A DNA stretch of 64,000 nucleotides from an uncultured Christensenellaceae bacterium (GCA_910588545.1 CAJUOU010000003.1:123999-187998); one strand, 5' to 3'; counted from the first letter of the stretch, positions 18,360 through 28,776 are shown. Translations and numbers: made by a program. The notes: generated by a model from the letters alone, not told the origin.

Positions 18360-19151
18360 TTAACCGAAGTATTTTGCAGTGATTTCAGCAAACTTACCGT
18401 TTTCTTCCAAAGCTTTCATAGCTTCGTTGATTTTATTTAGCATTTCGTTGTTGCCTTTCTTTACAGCAATAGCATATTTTTCATCGCCCATTGCAACTTT
18501 ACTTGCTTTTACACCTTTATCAGCGAATTTCTTAGCGAACTCTTGTGCAGGAGCATTGTCGATAACTACAACATCAATTTTACCGTTTACTAACTCTTGT
18601 ACTGCAAGGCCACCTGTCTTAAACTTAGTAGTTGTTGCACCGCTTGCTGCTAAGATACCGCCCTCAGCCAAAGCTTCGTCTATCATTAAATCCCCACTGA
18701 AACCTTTAGCAACACCGATTTTTTTGCCTTTTAAGAAATTCCAAAGCTCTTCTTCAGTAGTATAATTTAAAGTCTCACCTTTATAAATGATTGTTTGTGA
18801 AGCATTAAAATATGTGTTAGAAAAATCAACTTTTTCTTTTCTTTCATCATCAACGGTTAATCCTGCAATAGCCACATCATATTGACCGCTTTGAACAGAA
18901 GGGATTACTGAATCAAAATCCATGTGCTCAATTTTTGCTCCATCATAACCCATTTGTTTTGCGATAGCATCAATGTACTCCATATCAAAGCCTACGATTT
19001 TATCTCCTTCGTAATATTCAAATGGAGAGAACTCTGCATTTGTTGCAACAGTTAAATAATTACCTTTATCGCAACCTACTAGAGCGAAAGTAGCAATAGC
19101 GGCAGTAACTAGTACCATAAGTGCAATAAATAATGTCTTAAATTTTTTCAT
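18360..19151 (-). CDS. Amino-acid ABC transporter substrate-binding lipoprotein (SBP family 3)
   Basis: The lipobox is LVGC. The domain order is canonical: LTVATNAEFSPFEY..GFDMEYIDAIAK...AGLTVDDERKEKVDFSNTY... Confidence 0.9.
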   Translation of the reverse strand: MKKFKTLFIALMVLVTAAIATFALVGCDKGNYLTVATNAEFSPFEYYEGDKIVGFDMEYIDAIAKQMGYDGAKIEHMDFDSVIPSVQSGQYDVAIAGLTVDDERKEKVDFSNTYFNASQTIIYKGETLNYTTEEELWNFLKGKKIGVAKGFSGDLMIDEALAEGGILAASGATTTKFKTGGLAVQELVNGKIDVVVIDNAPAQEFAKKFADKGVKASKVAMGDEKYAIAVKKGNNEMLNKINEAMKALEENGKFAEITAKYFG

Positions 19152-19310
19152 TTTTATGTCCTCTCAAAAAATTTATTTCTTGTTTTGTGTATACATTCTA
19201 ACATACATATATGCATAAATCAACTAATTTTTGAATAAATTTTGCATAAATCTGAAAAAATTTGTATTTTTTGCTAATTTTATGTATAAAATACAGTTTT
19301 TGAATAGTTT

Positions 19311-21149
19311 TTATACATTTTTGTATTTCAACACCGCAAAATCGCCAACCTTTAGAGAAATCTCGCCGTCCATAGCTTTATTTGTTACACAGTTTACGCA
19401 ATTTTTGGCTAAAATCTGCTTTTTAGTCTCGCTATTATTGTATATAAAGTGTATATTTTGTGTATTATCGGCACTTTTTCGTATAATATACAACAAGCCA
19501 TTATCCGCAAATATTTCCATTGTGCCGCTAAAAGCTTTTTTGTATTTCGAACGTAACTTTCCAAGGCTTTTATAATGTTCCAATAATTGGTTATCCATAT
19601 TATTCCAAGGAAATGGTCTGCGGTTGATTGGGTCTTCATACCCTTCAAGCCCTACTTCGTCCCCGTAAAAAATTGTAGGCAGCCCCGGCAACGCATACAA
19701 AATGGCAGTTGCTAGTTTCAATTTTTCTTTTGCTCTGCTTTTTACTTCTTCGGGTAGTTTTATTTGCAACCTATCTTGCTTGCTTGTACCATCTATATTG
19801 TAGTCGCAAAAAGTATTCAATGCCCTTACGGTATCGTGAGTACCCAAAAAGTTCATACAGGAGTTTAATGCGCAAAGCGGATAATTTTCATAAATAGTCA
19901 TTATATTATTTATAAATTTATTTATATCCTTATTCCATACATAATCAATAATAGCATTTTTAAAAGGATAATTCATAACGCCGTCAAGTTGATTGCCTTG
20001 CAAATAAGGGCGTCTTTTGCTGTATGCAATTTTTGTAGAGGCATCTTCCCACACCTCGCCGATTACATAAGCATTTTTATCCACGCTTTTTACTCTTTTT
20101 CTTATATCGTTGACAAACTCGATATCCAATTCGTCTACAACATCCAAACGCCAACCTGCTAGTCCGAATTTTGTCCATTTATCAAGCACACCGTTTTCGC
20201 CCAAAATAAATTTGCGATAGCTTTCGTTGTTTTTATTGACGGTCGGAGTAACAGTTATCCCCCACCAACAGCCGTATTCGTCAGGATAGTTGATAAAATA
20301 ATACCAATCGTAATAAGGAGATTTTATGCCTTGATAAGCACCAAAGCTATCATACTTGCCAAGTTTGTTAAAATATTTACTGTCACTGCCCGTGTGGTTA
20401 AACACTCCGTCAAGCATTATTCCTATACCTTTTTCCTTAGCTTTTGCAATTAGCCTTGCAAGTGAACTTTCGTCACCCAAAAGCTCGTCAATGCACATGT
20501 AGTCGCCTGTATCATACCTGTGGTTGGAGCTTGACTTGAAAATTGGCGACAAATATATCATTGTCACGCCTAAACCTTTTATGTAGTCTAGTTTATCGAT
20601 AATTCCTTGCAAGTTGCCACCATAAAAATCGTTGGCACGAAAAACTCCATCGCTGTCGACTATTGTTACATCTTGCTCCCAATCTTTTAATATACCATCT
20701 TTATTCCAAGTACAAGCCTTGTCTTCGCCTTTATTAAACCTATCTGCAAAGATTTGATAAATAACACCGCCGCTTTGAGTTTGCGGTGCAAAACATTCCT
20801 CACTGTAAACAGTAAGACTATAAGGCTCTGCATTTTGCAACAGCTCTGCATTTTCCCCTTTACCAAAAACAAAACTGCCAAGCTCAGTGTTTGTCACGAA
20901 CTTGTACCAATACAACCCGCTGTCATTTATACTTAAAGATAATGCAAAAACAGAGTGTCCATCCTCGGCACCTTGGTAGTTCATTTGGTAGTAACAATCA
21001 TCCTCTCCGTCCTTTGTCAAAACAAGATAAATGCTCTCTACAAAAATACCGTCGCGAGCGGTAATTTTAAAATCGATTTGTTTGCCACATGCTACTGCAC
21101 CAAAAGGATTTTTGTATTTCAAATCTCTGCTGTTGTAATAAAAAATCAT
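19311..21149 (-). CDS. GH13 alpha-glycosidase (neopullulanase/cyclomaltodextrinase-like), cytoplasmic
   Basis: GH13 regions I-IV are DGVFNHTG, GWRLDVVDE, GEVWED and NFLGTHD. No signal peptide. Confidence 0.88.
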   Translation of the reverse strand: MIFYYNSRDLKYKNPFGAVACGKQIDFKITARDGIFVESIYLVLTKDGEDDCYYQMNYQGAEDGHSVFALSLSINDSGLYWYKFVTNTELGSFVFGKGENAELLQNAEPYSLTVYSEECFAPQTQSGGVIYQIFADRFNKGEDKACTWNKDGILKDWEQDVTIVDSDGVFRANDFYGGNLQGIIDKLDYIKGLGVTMIYLSPIFKSSSNHRYDTGDYMCIDELLGDESSLARLIAKAKEKGIGIMLDGVFNHTGSDSKYFNKLGKYDSFGAYQGIKSPYYDWYYFINYPDEYGCWWGITVTPTVNKNNESYRKFILGENGVLDKWTKFGLAGWRLDVVDELDIEFVNDIRKRVKSVDKNAYVIGEVWEDASTKIAYSKRRPYLQGNQLDGVMNYPFKNAIIDYVWNKDINKFINNIMTIYENYPLCALNSCMNFLGTHDTVRALNTFCDYNIDGTSKQDRLQIKLPEEVKSRAKEKLKLATAILYALPGLPTIFYGDEVGLEGYEDPINRRPFPWNNMDNQLLEHYKSLGKLRSKYKKAFSGTMEIFADNGLLYIIRKSADNTQNIHFIYNNSETKKQILAKNCVNCVTNKAMDGEISLKVGDFAVLKYKNV

Positions 21150-21288
21150 ATTTCACCTTATAGTAATTTATTTGCTTATTTATTATGCAAAAGCATATTT
21201 TTTATTGCCGATATAGACTTTTTTATCTTAAAAATTGTCAAAAACCGATAATAGTACCGATTTTTGACGCTATTTTTATAATGTTAAT

Positions 21289-21981
21289 TTAATTGTTTGC
21301 GTTTTCCTTTTCCGTCCACAAATATCCTGCATTTTTTATAGTTTGTAAATGATTGGAAAGCCCACCTTTTTCAAGCAACTTGCGTAGTTTGCTTATATAA
21401 ACCTCTACCACCGAAAAAGTAGTTTCACTCTCAAATCCCCATACCCTGTTAAACAATGTGTTTTTGGAAATTATAATTTCCTTATGTCTTACCATATACT
21501 CAAAAACTTCGTACATTTTGGCAACGATATTCATTTGTTCGCCGTCTATTTTAACGGAACGCTCAAAAAAGTTTATTTGCAAGTTTTTAAACTCATAAAT
21601 ATTTGTTCCGAAATTGCAGTAATACCTACGTAACACGCTGTTTATTACGGCAAGAAATTCGTTGTTGTCAAAATCATAAGGCATATAACTATCTGCACCG
21701 CTGTTTAATAAATCTATTTTTACCTCTAAATCCTTATCGTTGGACAGCACTACAATAGGCACCGAATTATCTACCCTAACTTTGGTAATCAAATTTTTTA
21801 CGGCTGTTTTAACGCCATTGCAACCTATTACAATCATATCGTACTTGCCGACGATTGCCATATCAAGTCCTCTATCCAAATCATAGGCACTCTCACAAGT
21901 ACTGCCACCTTTGTATTCGGACAAAAGCACCGAAATATTGTGGTTTATCCCCTCATTTTGTTCCACAATCAAAAACTTCAT
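21289..21981 (-). CDS. OmpR/PhoB-type winged-helix regulator with a degenerate (pseudo-)receiver domain
   Basis: The C-terminus has the Trans_reg_C pattern (NRVWGFESETTFSVVEVYISKLRKLL...IKNAGYLW). In the receiver domain the conserved D/D/K positions read Q, G and Y (LIVEQNE, MIVIGCNG, GADSYMPYDF). Confidence 0.8.
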   Translation of the reverse strand: MKFLIVEQNEGINHNISVLLSEYKGGSTCESAYDLDRGLDMAIVGKYDMIVIGCNGVKTAVKNLITKVRVDNSVPIVVLSNDKDLEVKIDLLNSGADSYMPYDFDNNEFLAVINSVLRRYYCNFGTNIYEFKNLQINFFERSVKIDGEQMNIVAKMYEVFEYMVRHKEIIISKNTLFNRVWGFESETTFSVVEVYISKLRKLLEKGGLSNHLQTIKNAGYLWTEKENANN

Positions 21982-22046
21982 AATTTTAGCCCCTCTAAAT
22001 AGTTTAAATCATATTCCCTTATTCATAAAACTTTTTACACTTTCAA

Positions 22047-22769
22047 TCATTTAAAATTTCGTTGTCTTATCACTTCAAATGAGATTATCCCACTTGCAAC
22101 CGAAGCGTTTAAAGAGTTAACATTTCCTTTCATAGGTATGCTTATCACTTGGTCGCAAAGCTTTCTTGTCAATGCTTTTACACCATTACCCTCACTGCCT
22201 ATAACCACTGCGATATCGTCTGTCATATCCACTTTGTACATAGGACTACCATCCGCTTCGGCACATACGATTTTTACAAAGTCTTCTTTCAGTTCCCTTA
22301 TCGTATCATTTATATTGGTTACCATTGCTACTTTGACATAGTTGCTTGCACCGCTGGAAACTTTTACAACCGTATCGTTGACCGAACAGGCCCTGTGTTT
22401 TGGCAAAATTACGCCATGTGCGCCACTGCAATCGGCTACCCTTAATATACTGCCTACATTATGAGGGTCTTCCACCCCGTCAAGGATGATAATAAAAAGT
22501 TTTTCGCCTTTTTTCGCAGCAAGTTCCCTCATATCAGCTATTGTAGAATATTTAAAGTCTTCACAAGTTGCGATAAAACCTTGGTGCTTTTTACTTTCGC
22601 TGAGTTTATCCATTTTTATTTTGTCGCAAAAAACAAACCGTATCCCTTTGTCTTTGGCAAGACCTATTACATTGTCATTGTCGTGAATACCTTTTTGAAC
22701 TTTTAGCTCGGATATGGTAACACCGCTTTTTATTGCCTCTTTAACAGCATTTTTGCCTTCGATTATCAT
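22047..22769 (-). CDS. rlmB: 23S rRNA (guanosine-2'-O)-methyltransferase RlmB (SpoU/TrmH family)
   Basis: Motifs DGVEDPHNVGSILRVADCSGA, VVIGSEGNGV and IPMKGNVNSLNASVASGI are present. The track ORF begins at TTG 22787. ATG 22769 (MIIEGKNAVKEAI) fits the family N-terminus better. Confidence 0.88.
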   Translation of the reverse strand: MIIEGKNAVKEAIKSGVTISELKVQKGIHDNDNVIGLAKDKGIRFVFCDKIKMDKLSESKKHQGFIATCEDFKYSTIADMRELAAKKGEKLFIIILDGVEDPHNVGSILRVADCSGAHGVILPKHRACSVNDTVVKVSSGASNYVKVAMVTNINDTIRELKEDFVKIVCAEADGSPMYKVDMTDDIAVVIGSEGNGVKALTRKLCDQVISIPMKGNVNSLNASVASGIISFEVIRQRNFK

Positions 22770-22787
22770 ATAAATTTTCCTATTCAA

Positions 22788-23219
22788 TCAATTATTAATC
22801 TTGTCGTTTTTTTCTATAAACTCAAACAATTCTTCCAGCCTTTCGTTTTTGCCCAAAAGGTACAAATATCCGATAACCGCCTCAAAACCACTCGCCTTTT
22901 TATAGTCTGCAACACTTGCATTTTTTGCCATTGTATTCATGTGAGTATTGCGTGCCCTTTTAAATATTGCGATTTCATCTTCCGTCAAAATGGACATTAT
23001 TTCGTCCATATATTTTGCCTGTGCGGAGGCTTTTATTTGTTCACTTTGTAATTTGTGCAGTTCCCCTGCTTTTGCAGTAGAAGTAGATGCTAGCTTTGTC
23101 CTTACCATAAGTTGCTGTACGCTATCCCCCACAAAAGCCAAAACTAACGGATTGAGCCCTAAAATTTCCTTTTCGGAAAGATATTCTTTTGCTATAGGTA
23201 AATAAACTTTCATTTTCAA
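22788..23219 (-). CDS. mrnC: Mini-ribonuclease 3
   Basis: 143 aa with the LAFVGDSV RNase-III-like signature. It sits in the conserved position between gltX/cysS and rlmB. Confidence 0.85.
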   Translation of the reverse strand: MKMKVYLPIAKEYLSEKEILGLNPLVLAFVGDSVQQLMVRTKLASTSTAKAGELHKLQSEQIKASAQAKYMDEIMSILTEDEIAIFKRARNTHMNTMAKNASVADYKKASGFEAVIGYLYLLGKNERLEELFEFIEKNDKINN

Positions 23220-24658
23220 CCTTTCAAATACTCCAAGCTGTATTTAAGCCTGCGAACTGTTTCCTGCTTGCCAAGCAAATCTGCCATTTCGGTAGCACCG
23301 CCCGGGGTCATTTGTGCACCCGTCAATGCAAGCCTTATTGTCAAAAATACTTGACCTTTTTTGTATCCGCCTTGCTCGATAATTTCGGATATAATTGCTT
23401 GCAAATTTTCCTCGCTGTAATCATCCGTTTGCTCAAATTTAGGTATGCACTTTTCCAAAATTTCTACAGCAATCTGCTTGTCCATTTTGTTTTTCTTGTT
23501 TTCGTACAACTCCTTATCATAGCCCTCAAACTCTTCCAAAAAGTCGATTTTACTTGGGATATCGCTCAAAATTTCCACCCTAGGGATAAGCAATTTTGCA
23601 AGTTTTTTATAGTCGTATTTGCCTGCTGCTTTGCTCTTTTCGAAAAACGGTTTTGCAAGTGCAACAAATTCGTCCTCGCTAAGCTCTTTGATATATTGCG
23701 AGTTTAGCCATTTCATTTTTGCCTCGTCCAAAATGCTACCGCTTTTGCTTATACCTTTAATATCAAAAGCCTCCATAAGCTCTGCCATACTCATTTTTTC
23801 CCTATTATCGCTAGGTGCCCAACCTAAAAGTGCTATATAGTTTACAATAGCGGGTACCAAATATCCTTTTTCAAGAAAATCTTCAAAGTTTGCATCCCCG
23901 TGTCTTTTGGATAGTTTATGTGTGGCGTCACGCATGATAGGTGGCAAGTGCATATATTGCGGTCTTTCCCAACCGAACTTATCGTACATTAAATTGTATT
24001 TAGGAGTGCTTGACAAATACTCCATACCGCGAATAACGTGAGTTATATTCATTAAATGGTCGTCTACAACGTTTGCAAAGTTATAGGTTGGCATACCATC
24101 GCTTTTAATAAGTATTCCGTCTTCCATATCCGCATTAGGCACTGCAATTTCGCCAAATACCATATCGTTGTAGGAAGAAACACCATCCTGCGGTATATTT
24201 TGCCTAATAACATAAGGCACGCCTCTTGCAAGCTTTTGTTGCACCTGTTCAGGGGTTAAATTCATACAATGTTTATCGTATTTTTTGATGCCGTTTTCGC
24301 CTGCCAAACTATCAAGCCTTTCCTTATCGCAAAAGCAATAGTAAGCTCCGCCCAATTCCACAAGTTTTTTTGCATACTCAAGATAAATAGCTTTCCTCTC
24401 GCTTTGAATGTACGGACCTACTCCGCCATCCTTATCCGGGCCCTCGTCATGCTCTATGCCCGCTTTTTTTAATGTGTTATAAATTATTTCAACAGCACCC
24501 TCTACATACCTTTCTTGGTCTGTATCCTCTATCCTCAAAATAAATTTACCGTTATTTTTTTTCGCAAACAAATATCCGTATAGACATGTTCTCAAATTTC
24601 CGACATGCATAAAACCCGTAGGGCTTGGTGCAAATCTTGTTCTTACTTCCATTATCAA
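23216..24658 (-). CDS. gltX: Glutamate--tRNA ligase
   Basis: HIGH region PSPTGFMHVGNLRT and KMSKS variant KLSKR. 480 aa. Confidence 0.95.
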   Translation of the reverse strand: MIMEVRTRFAPSPTGFMHVGNLRTCLYGYLFAKKNNGKFILRIEDTDQERYVEGAVEIIYNTLKKAGIEHDEGPDKDGGVGPYIQSERKAIYLEYAKKLVELGGAYYCFCDKERLDSLAGENGIKKYDKHCMNLTPEQVQQKLARGVPYVIRQNIPQDGVSSYNDMVFGEIAVPNADMEDGILIKSDGMPTYNFANVVDDHLMNITHVIRGMEYLSSTPKYNLMYDKFGWERPQYMHLPPIMRDATHKLSKRHGDANFEDFLEKGYLVPAIVNYIALLGWAPSDNREKMSMAELMEAFDIKGISKSGSILDEAKMKWLNSQYIKELSEDEFVALAKPFFEKSKAAGKYDYKKLAKLLIPRVEILSDIPSKIDFLEEFEGYDKELYENKKNKMDKQIAVEILEKCIPKFEQTDDYSEENLQAIISEIIEQGGYKKGQVFLTIRLALTGAQMTPGGATEMADLLGKQETVRRLKYSLEYLKG

Positions 24659-24740
24659 TCAACACTCCTTAAGTTTACTATATAATATTATAAATTGAAA
24701 TTACTTTAAAAACCTTACAAAAATCGGTATTAAAAGGCAG

Positions 24741-25469
24741 TTAATATCTTACATCCTTAATTCTTCCGCGAAGCAGTTCAAATCTTCCGTTACTCATCGA
24801 GTCTAATAAACCGCTTTGCCTAAACGAAAAATATCCGCTTTTTGCTATAATAATATGGTCGTCAAACCGTATGCCCAACATTGTTAGCGTAAGGTATAAC
24901 TGCTCGGTCAAATTTTTATCTGCCACGCTTGGCGTAACATTGTCCGACGGATGATTGTGCACCAATATGACTTTGCAAGACTCATTCCTTAAAGCTATAT
25001 CCGCAATTTCTCTTACATTACAAAAAGCTTCGTTAACCACACCTCTGTTTAAGACCACTCTTTTTATTAGTTTGCCTGCACTATCGCCCATAAGCATGTG
25101 TATTTCTTCCCTTGGCAAAGTAACCATTATAGGTTGCATAAGCGAAAGTACATTTTCAATATTGTTGATATAAACATCGTCTAAACTTTTCCTGTAATAC
25201 CTACGGCTTACATCGCTTAAACTGTGTAAAAATATTGCCATATTATAGCTTATGCCTTTAACCTTTTGCAATCTTTCAATCGGCTGGTCAAAGACGTTAC
25301 CCAAACTTCCAAATTCATCTAGTATAGTATGGGCAAGCTCGTTAGTATCCTTACGCGGCACAACAGCATATAACAAGTATTCCAAGACTTCGTGGTCCTG
25401 CAAGCTATCGATGCCATACTGCTCGATTCTCTTTCTCATTCTGTCCCTATGTCCATCATGAACTGCCAT
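24741..25469 (-). CDS. radC: RadC-like JAB/MPN domain protein
   Basis: The N-terminus HRDRMRKR...L.DHEVLEYLL has a HhH-like region. The JAMM motif is ILVHNHPSDNVTPSVAD. Confidence 0.88.
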   Translation of the reverse strand: MAVHDGHRDRMRKRIEQYGIDSLQDHEVLEYLLYAVVPRKDTNELAHTILDEFGSLGNVFDQPIERLQKVKGISYNMAIFLHSLSDVSRRYYRKSLDDVYINNIENVLSLMQPIMVTLPREEIHMLMGDSAGKLIKRVVLNRGVVNEAFCNVREIADIALRNESCKVILVHNHPSDNVTPSVADKNLTEQLYLTLTMLGIRFDDHIIIAKSGYFSFRQSGLLDSMSNGRFELLRGRIKDVRY

Positions 25470-25664
25470 ATTTATCCCCTACTGCTAAATTTTTTACTTT
25501 AATTTTTTAATATACGCAAATATTATACCACCTTTGTATTTTTTTTGCAATATTTTAAATAACTTTATTCAAATTAGTTCTCATTTATTTGCTAATAGTA
25601 TATACTTATAATTAAGAAGACTTTTGATTTAGCTTTTAACCAAATAACTTTATGCGGAGTGATT

Positions 25665-26954
25665 ATGAATTATTTTAACGAGTATTTAAACGCGGCTAAG
25701 GAACTTATAAAAATAAATAGCGTGGAAAGCAATGCCGTTGACGGCAAACCTTTTGGCGTGGGCGTGGACGATTGCTTGAGGAAAGCGCTTGCCATTGCCG
25801 AAAGTTTGGGCTTTAAAACTTTTTACGGAAACGGCTACTACGGCTATGCCGAAATAGGAGAAGGGGAAGAAATGCTTGGTATTTTGGGGCATTTAGACAC
25901 CGTTCCTATCGGTAACGATTGGGATATCCCTGCATTAGGCGGAGATATTATCGATGGTTATTTATGCGGCCGCGGGGTACTTGACGACAAAGGTCCTATC
26001 CTAGCAACTTTGTTTGCCACAAAACAACTTATCGACAGCGGTTTTGTGCCTAACAAACGTATACGTATTATTTTTGGTTGCGATGAAGAATCGGGATGGC
26101 AATGTATAGACAAGTACTGTGAATTGGAGGAAATACCTACCATAGCTTTTACTCCTGACGGAGATTTTCCTGTCATAAACTGCGAAAAAGGCGTAGCTTA
26201 CTTTACAGTGCATATCAAAAAGCCTAAATATGTCGTAAGCGTGTGCGGTGGCGAGCGTGCCAATATGGTTATGGATAAAATCAAATGTGTTGTTTGCGAC
26301 GAAATGGCGGAAAAATTACCTGCAAATAACAACTTTGGCGTAACTGTGGACGGAAACACACTTACCGCAAGCGGCAAATCCGCTCACGGCTCTTCCCCAC
26401 ATCTTGGGGACAATGCTCTTTGGAAAGTTGTCAAATTTTTATCCGATTATGACCAAACCGCCAAAAATTTTGCAAACATAATTTGCAACACCGACGGCTC
26501 AAATTACAATATTAAATGCAGCGACGAAATTAGTGGGAATTTAACAATAAATATCGGTACAATCTCCAGCGACAGCGAAAATATAACCTTTAGTCTTGAT
26601 ATAAGACATCCTCTTTGCATTACAAGGGAACAACTTTATGAAAAATTGTGCAAAACATTTGATAACGGAACTGTGGAATATGGTTTTTTCCATAATCCTC
26701 TTTACATTGCTCCCGACCACCCGCTTTGCACTAAATTATTAAAAGCTTACGGCGATGTTACGGGCGAAAACTTAAAGCCTATAACTATCGGCGGAGGAAC
26801 TTATGCAAGAGCTTTGCCGGTAGCCGTTGCTTTCGGTCCTATTTTCCCTAATCAAGAGTCAACTATTCATCAAAAAAATGAAAAAGCAAAACTTTCCGAT
26901 TTGGAAAATATGTATAAAATCTATGTGAAAGCTATTGAAGAATTATGTAAATGA
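25665..26954 (+). CDS. pepV: M20-family dipeptidase (PepV/Sapep-like)
   Basis: HLDTVP, GRGVLDDKGP and CDEESG metal-binding motifs are present. ATG 25665 with a GGAG SD is preferred over GTG 25659. Confidence 0.8.
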   Translation: MNYFNEYLNAAKELIKINSVESNAVDGKPFGVGVDDCLRKALAIAESLGFKTFYGNGYYGYAEIGEGEEMLGILGHLDTVPIGNDWDIPALGGDIIDGYLCGRGVLDDKGPILATLFATKQLIDSGFVPNKRIRIIFGCDEESGWQCIDKYCELEEIPTIAFTPDGDFPVINCEKGVAYFTVHIKKPKYVVSVCGGERANMVMDKIKCVVCDEMAEKLPANNNFGVTVDGNTLTASGKSAHGSSPHLGDNALWKVVKFLSDYDQTAKNFANIICNTDGSNYNIKCSDEISGNLTINIGTISSDSENITFSLDIRHPLCITREQLYEKLCKTFDNGTVEYGFFHNPLYIAPDHPLCTKLLKAYGDVTGENLKPITIGGGTYARALPVAVAFGPIFPNQESTIHQKNEKAKLSDLENMYKIYVKAIEELCK

Positions 26955-26988
26955 TTAGTTGGAATTCCTTAAATTGTGAATTATAATA

Positions 26989-27022
26989 AAAATCACTTTG
27001 ACAAATTCAAAGTGATTTTTTG
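26989..27022. terminator. Bidirectional terminator (pepV / LRR gene)
   Basis: AAATCACTTTG-ACAAAT-TCAAAGTGATTT followed by TTTT. Confidence 0.75.
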
Positions 27023-27027
27023 TATTT

Positions 27028-28776
27028 TTAATTAATTTCTTTTTCTTCTACAACTTCTCCTGCCTTGTTAAGTGTTCCGTCGGTACACTCTACAATAAAC
27101 TCCCCTGTATCTCTCCAAGCTACCTCTTTTGTAACTTTCTTCCAATCAACCATACTACCCCCAAAAATAATACGCGTTAACTTTGAAAACCCGTCAAAAG
27201 CATATTTTGCTATACTTACTTTACTATTGGAGATTGTGATAGATACAAACTCGCTACCCCCCTCAAACGTATTGTTTTTTATTTGAGTTATCGCCTCAGG
27301 TATTACCAATTCGGTTATCAACGCTTCATTTAAATATAAATTATGTGCATAATATAATGGGTTTGAACGGTTTGCACCAAAATCTATATTACACCATGCC
27401 TCTAAGTCGTTTATTAAAACTGCTCTAAGTTCACTGCATTGTTCAAAAGCATAATCTCCAATAAAATTTACACTTTCCGATATTTTAACTTGTTCTAGAG
27501 AATTACAATATTCAAAAGCTCTGGCACCAATTTGAGTTACGCCATTTGGAATTTCCAAAGTTACAAGGCTACGACAAAGACCAAACGCACTTTCGCCGAT
27601 ACTGACTACGCTGTCGGAAATTGTCAAATCGATTAACCTTGTACATACATAAAATGCTTGTATGCCTATGCTTTGCAATTTGTTGCCAATAACAACGCTG
27701 GTAAGTCCGCTACAATCTCTAAACGCAAAATCGCCCAATGTAACCACACTATTTGGTAGTGTTAAATCGGTAAGTCCGCTGCAAAAATAAAAAGCACTTT
27801 CCCCTATTTCCGTTATATTTTCATGCAAAGTCACACTTTTTAAAGCATTGCAACCGACAAATGTATTATTTTTTATAACCTTAACGCTATCTGGTACTAT
27901 TAAATCACTGATTACTTGGTTATTCAAATACAATTTGCCTGCATAATACAACGGGTTAGATAAACTATCTTGAAAATATATATTAAACCAAGCTTGCAAA
28001 TTTGTTATATAAATACCATTTAATTTACTACATCTTTCAAACGCCCTACTATCAATTTGACCAACCGTTTCAGGAATTGTGATTTTTGTTAAATTGCTAC
28101 ATCCTCCAAAAGCGTAACTCCCTATTTTTGTAATTCCATTTCCTAATGTTAAACTGCTTATACCTCTACAATCATAAAAGGCACTATTCTCTATCACTGA
28201 CACACAGTCGGATAAAACTATTTCCTTAAGACTATAACACTCGTAAAAAGTATTGCTTTTAATAACTGCAACATTTTCGGAAATTTTTATTTCCGCAAGA
28301 TTACTACATCTTTCAAATGCACCTATACCCAAACTTGTCAAACTGTTTGGTAAAGACATACTTGTAAGAGCATTGCAACCTTTAAATGCGTAATCTCCGA
28401 TTTTGGTAACAGTTTCAGGTATATTTATTTTGATTAGTTGTTTGCAATCTTTAAACGCACTTTCCCCTATTTCAGTCACTCCGTTAGGTATAGTAACGCT
28501 TTTTATATTTTTACATCCGTCAAATACATTGTTTTTTATCCCTACAACATTTATATCGTTATACTTAGACGGAATAACAATATCCGTTGCTTTTGCATCC
28601 AACAACTCACTTACGTAATATCCATTGCTAGACAGGTCGTATTTAAAAGTTTCAATAATATCTTGAGGTTGCTCCTCATTTTTACTTTCGTTTTTATCAC
28701 ATCCTATCAAAATAACCGACATTGTCAGCATTAAAGCAATTAAAATAAATATCAATAACCTTTTTGATTTATGCAT
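27028..28776 (-). CDS. BspA-type leucine-rich-repeat surface lipoprotein
   Basis: The start is set at MHKSKRLL (ATG 28776, SD TAGGAGG), whereas the track ORF starts further upstream. The lipobox is LIGC. It has more than 15 LRR_5 units (e.g. AFKDCKQLIKINIPETVTKIGDYAF). Confidence 0.85.
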   Translation of the reverse strand: MHKSKRLLIFILIALMLTMSVILIGCDKNESKNEEQPQDIIETFKYDLSSNGYYVSELLDAKATDIVIPSKYNDINVVGIKNNVFDGCKNIKSVTIPNGVTEIGESAFKDCKQLIKINIPETVTKIGDYAFKGCNALTSMSLPNSLTSLGIGAFERCSNLAEIKISENVAVIKSNTFYECYSLKEIVLSDCVSVIENSAFYDCRGISSLTLGNGITKIGSYAFGGCSNLTKITIPETVGQIDSRAFERCSKLNGIYITNLQAWFNIYFQDSLSNPLYYAGKLYLNNQVISDLIVPDSVKVIKNNTFVGCNALKSVTLHENITEIGESAFYFCSGLTDLTLPNSVVTLGDFAFRDCSGLTSVVIGNKLQSIGIQAFYVCTRLIDLTISDSVVSIGESAFGLCRSLVTLEIPNGVTQIGARAFEYCNSLEQVKISESVNFIGDYAFEQCSELRAVLINDLEAWCNIDFGANRSNPLYYAHNLYLNEALITELVIPEAITQIKNNTFEGGSEFVSITISNSKVSIAKYAFDGFSKLTRIIFGGSMVDWKKVTKEVAWRDTGEFIVECTDGTLNKAGEVVEEKEIN

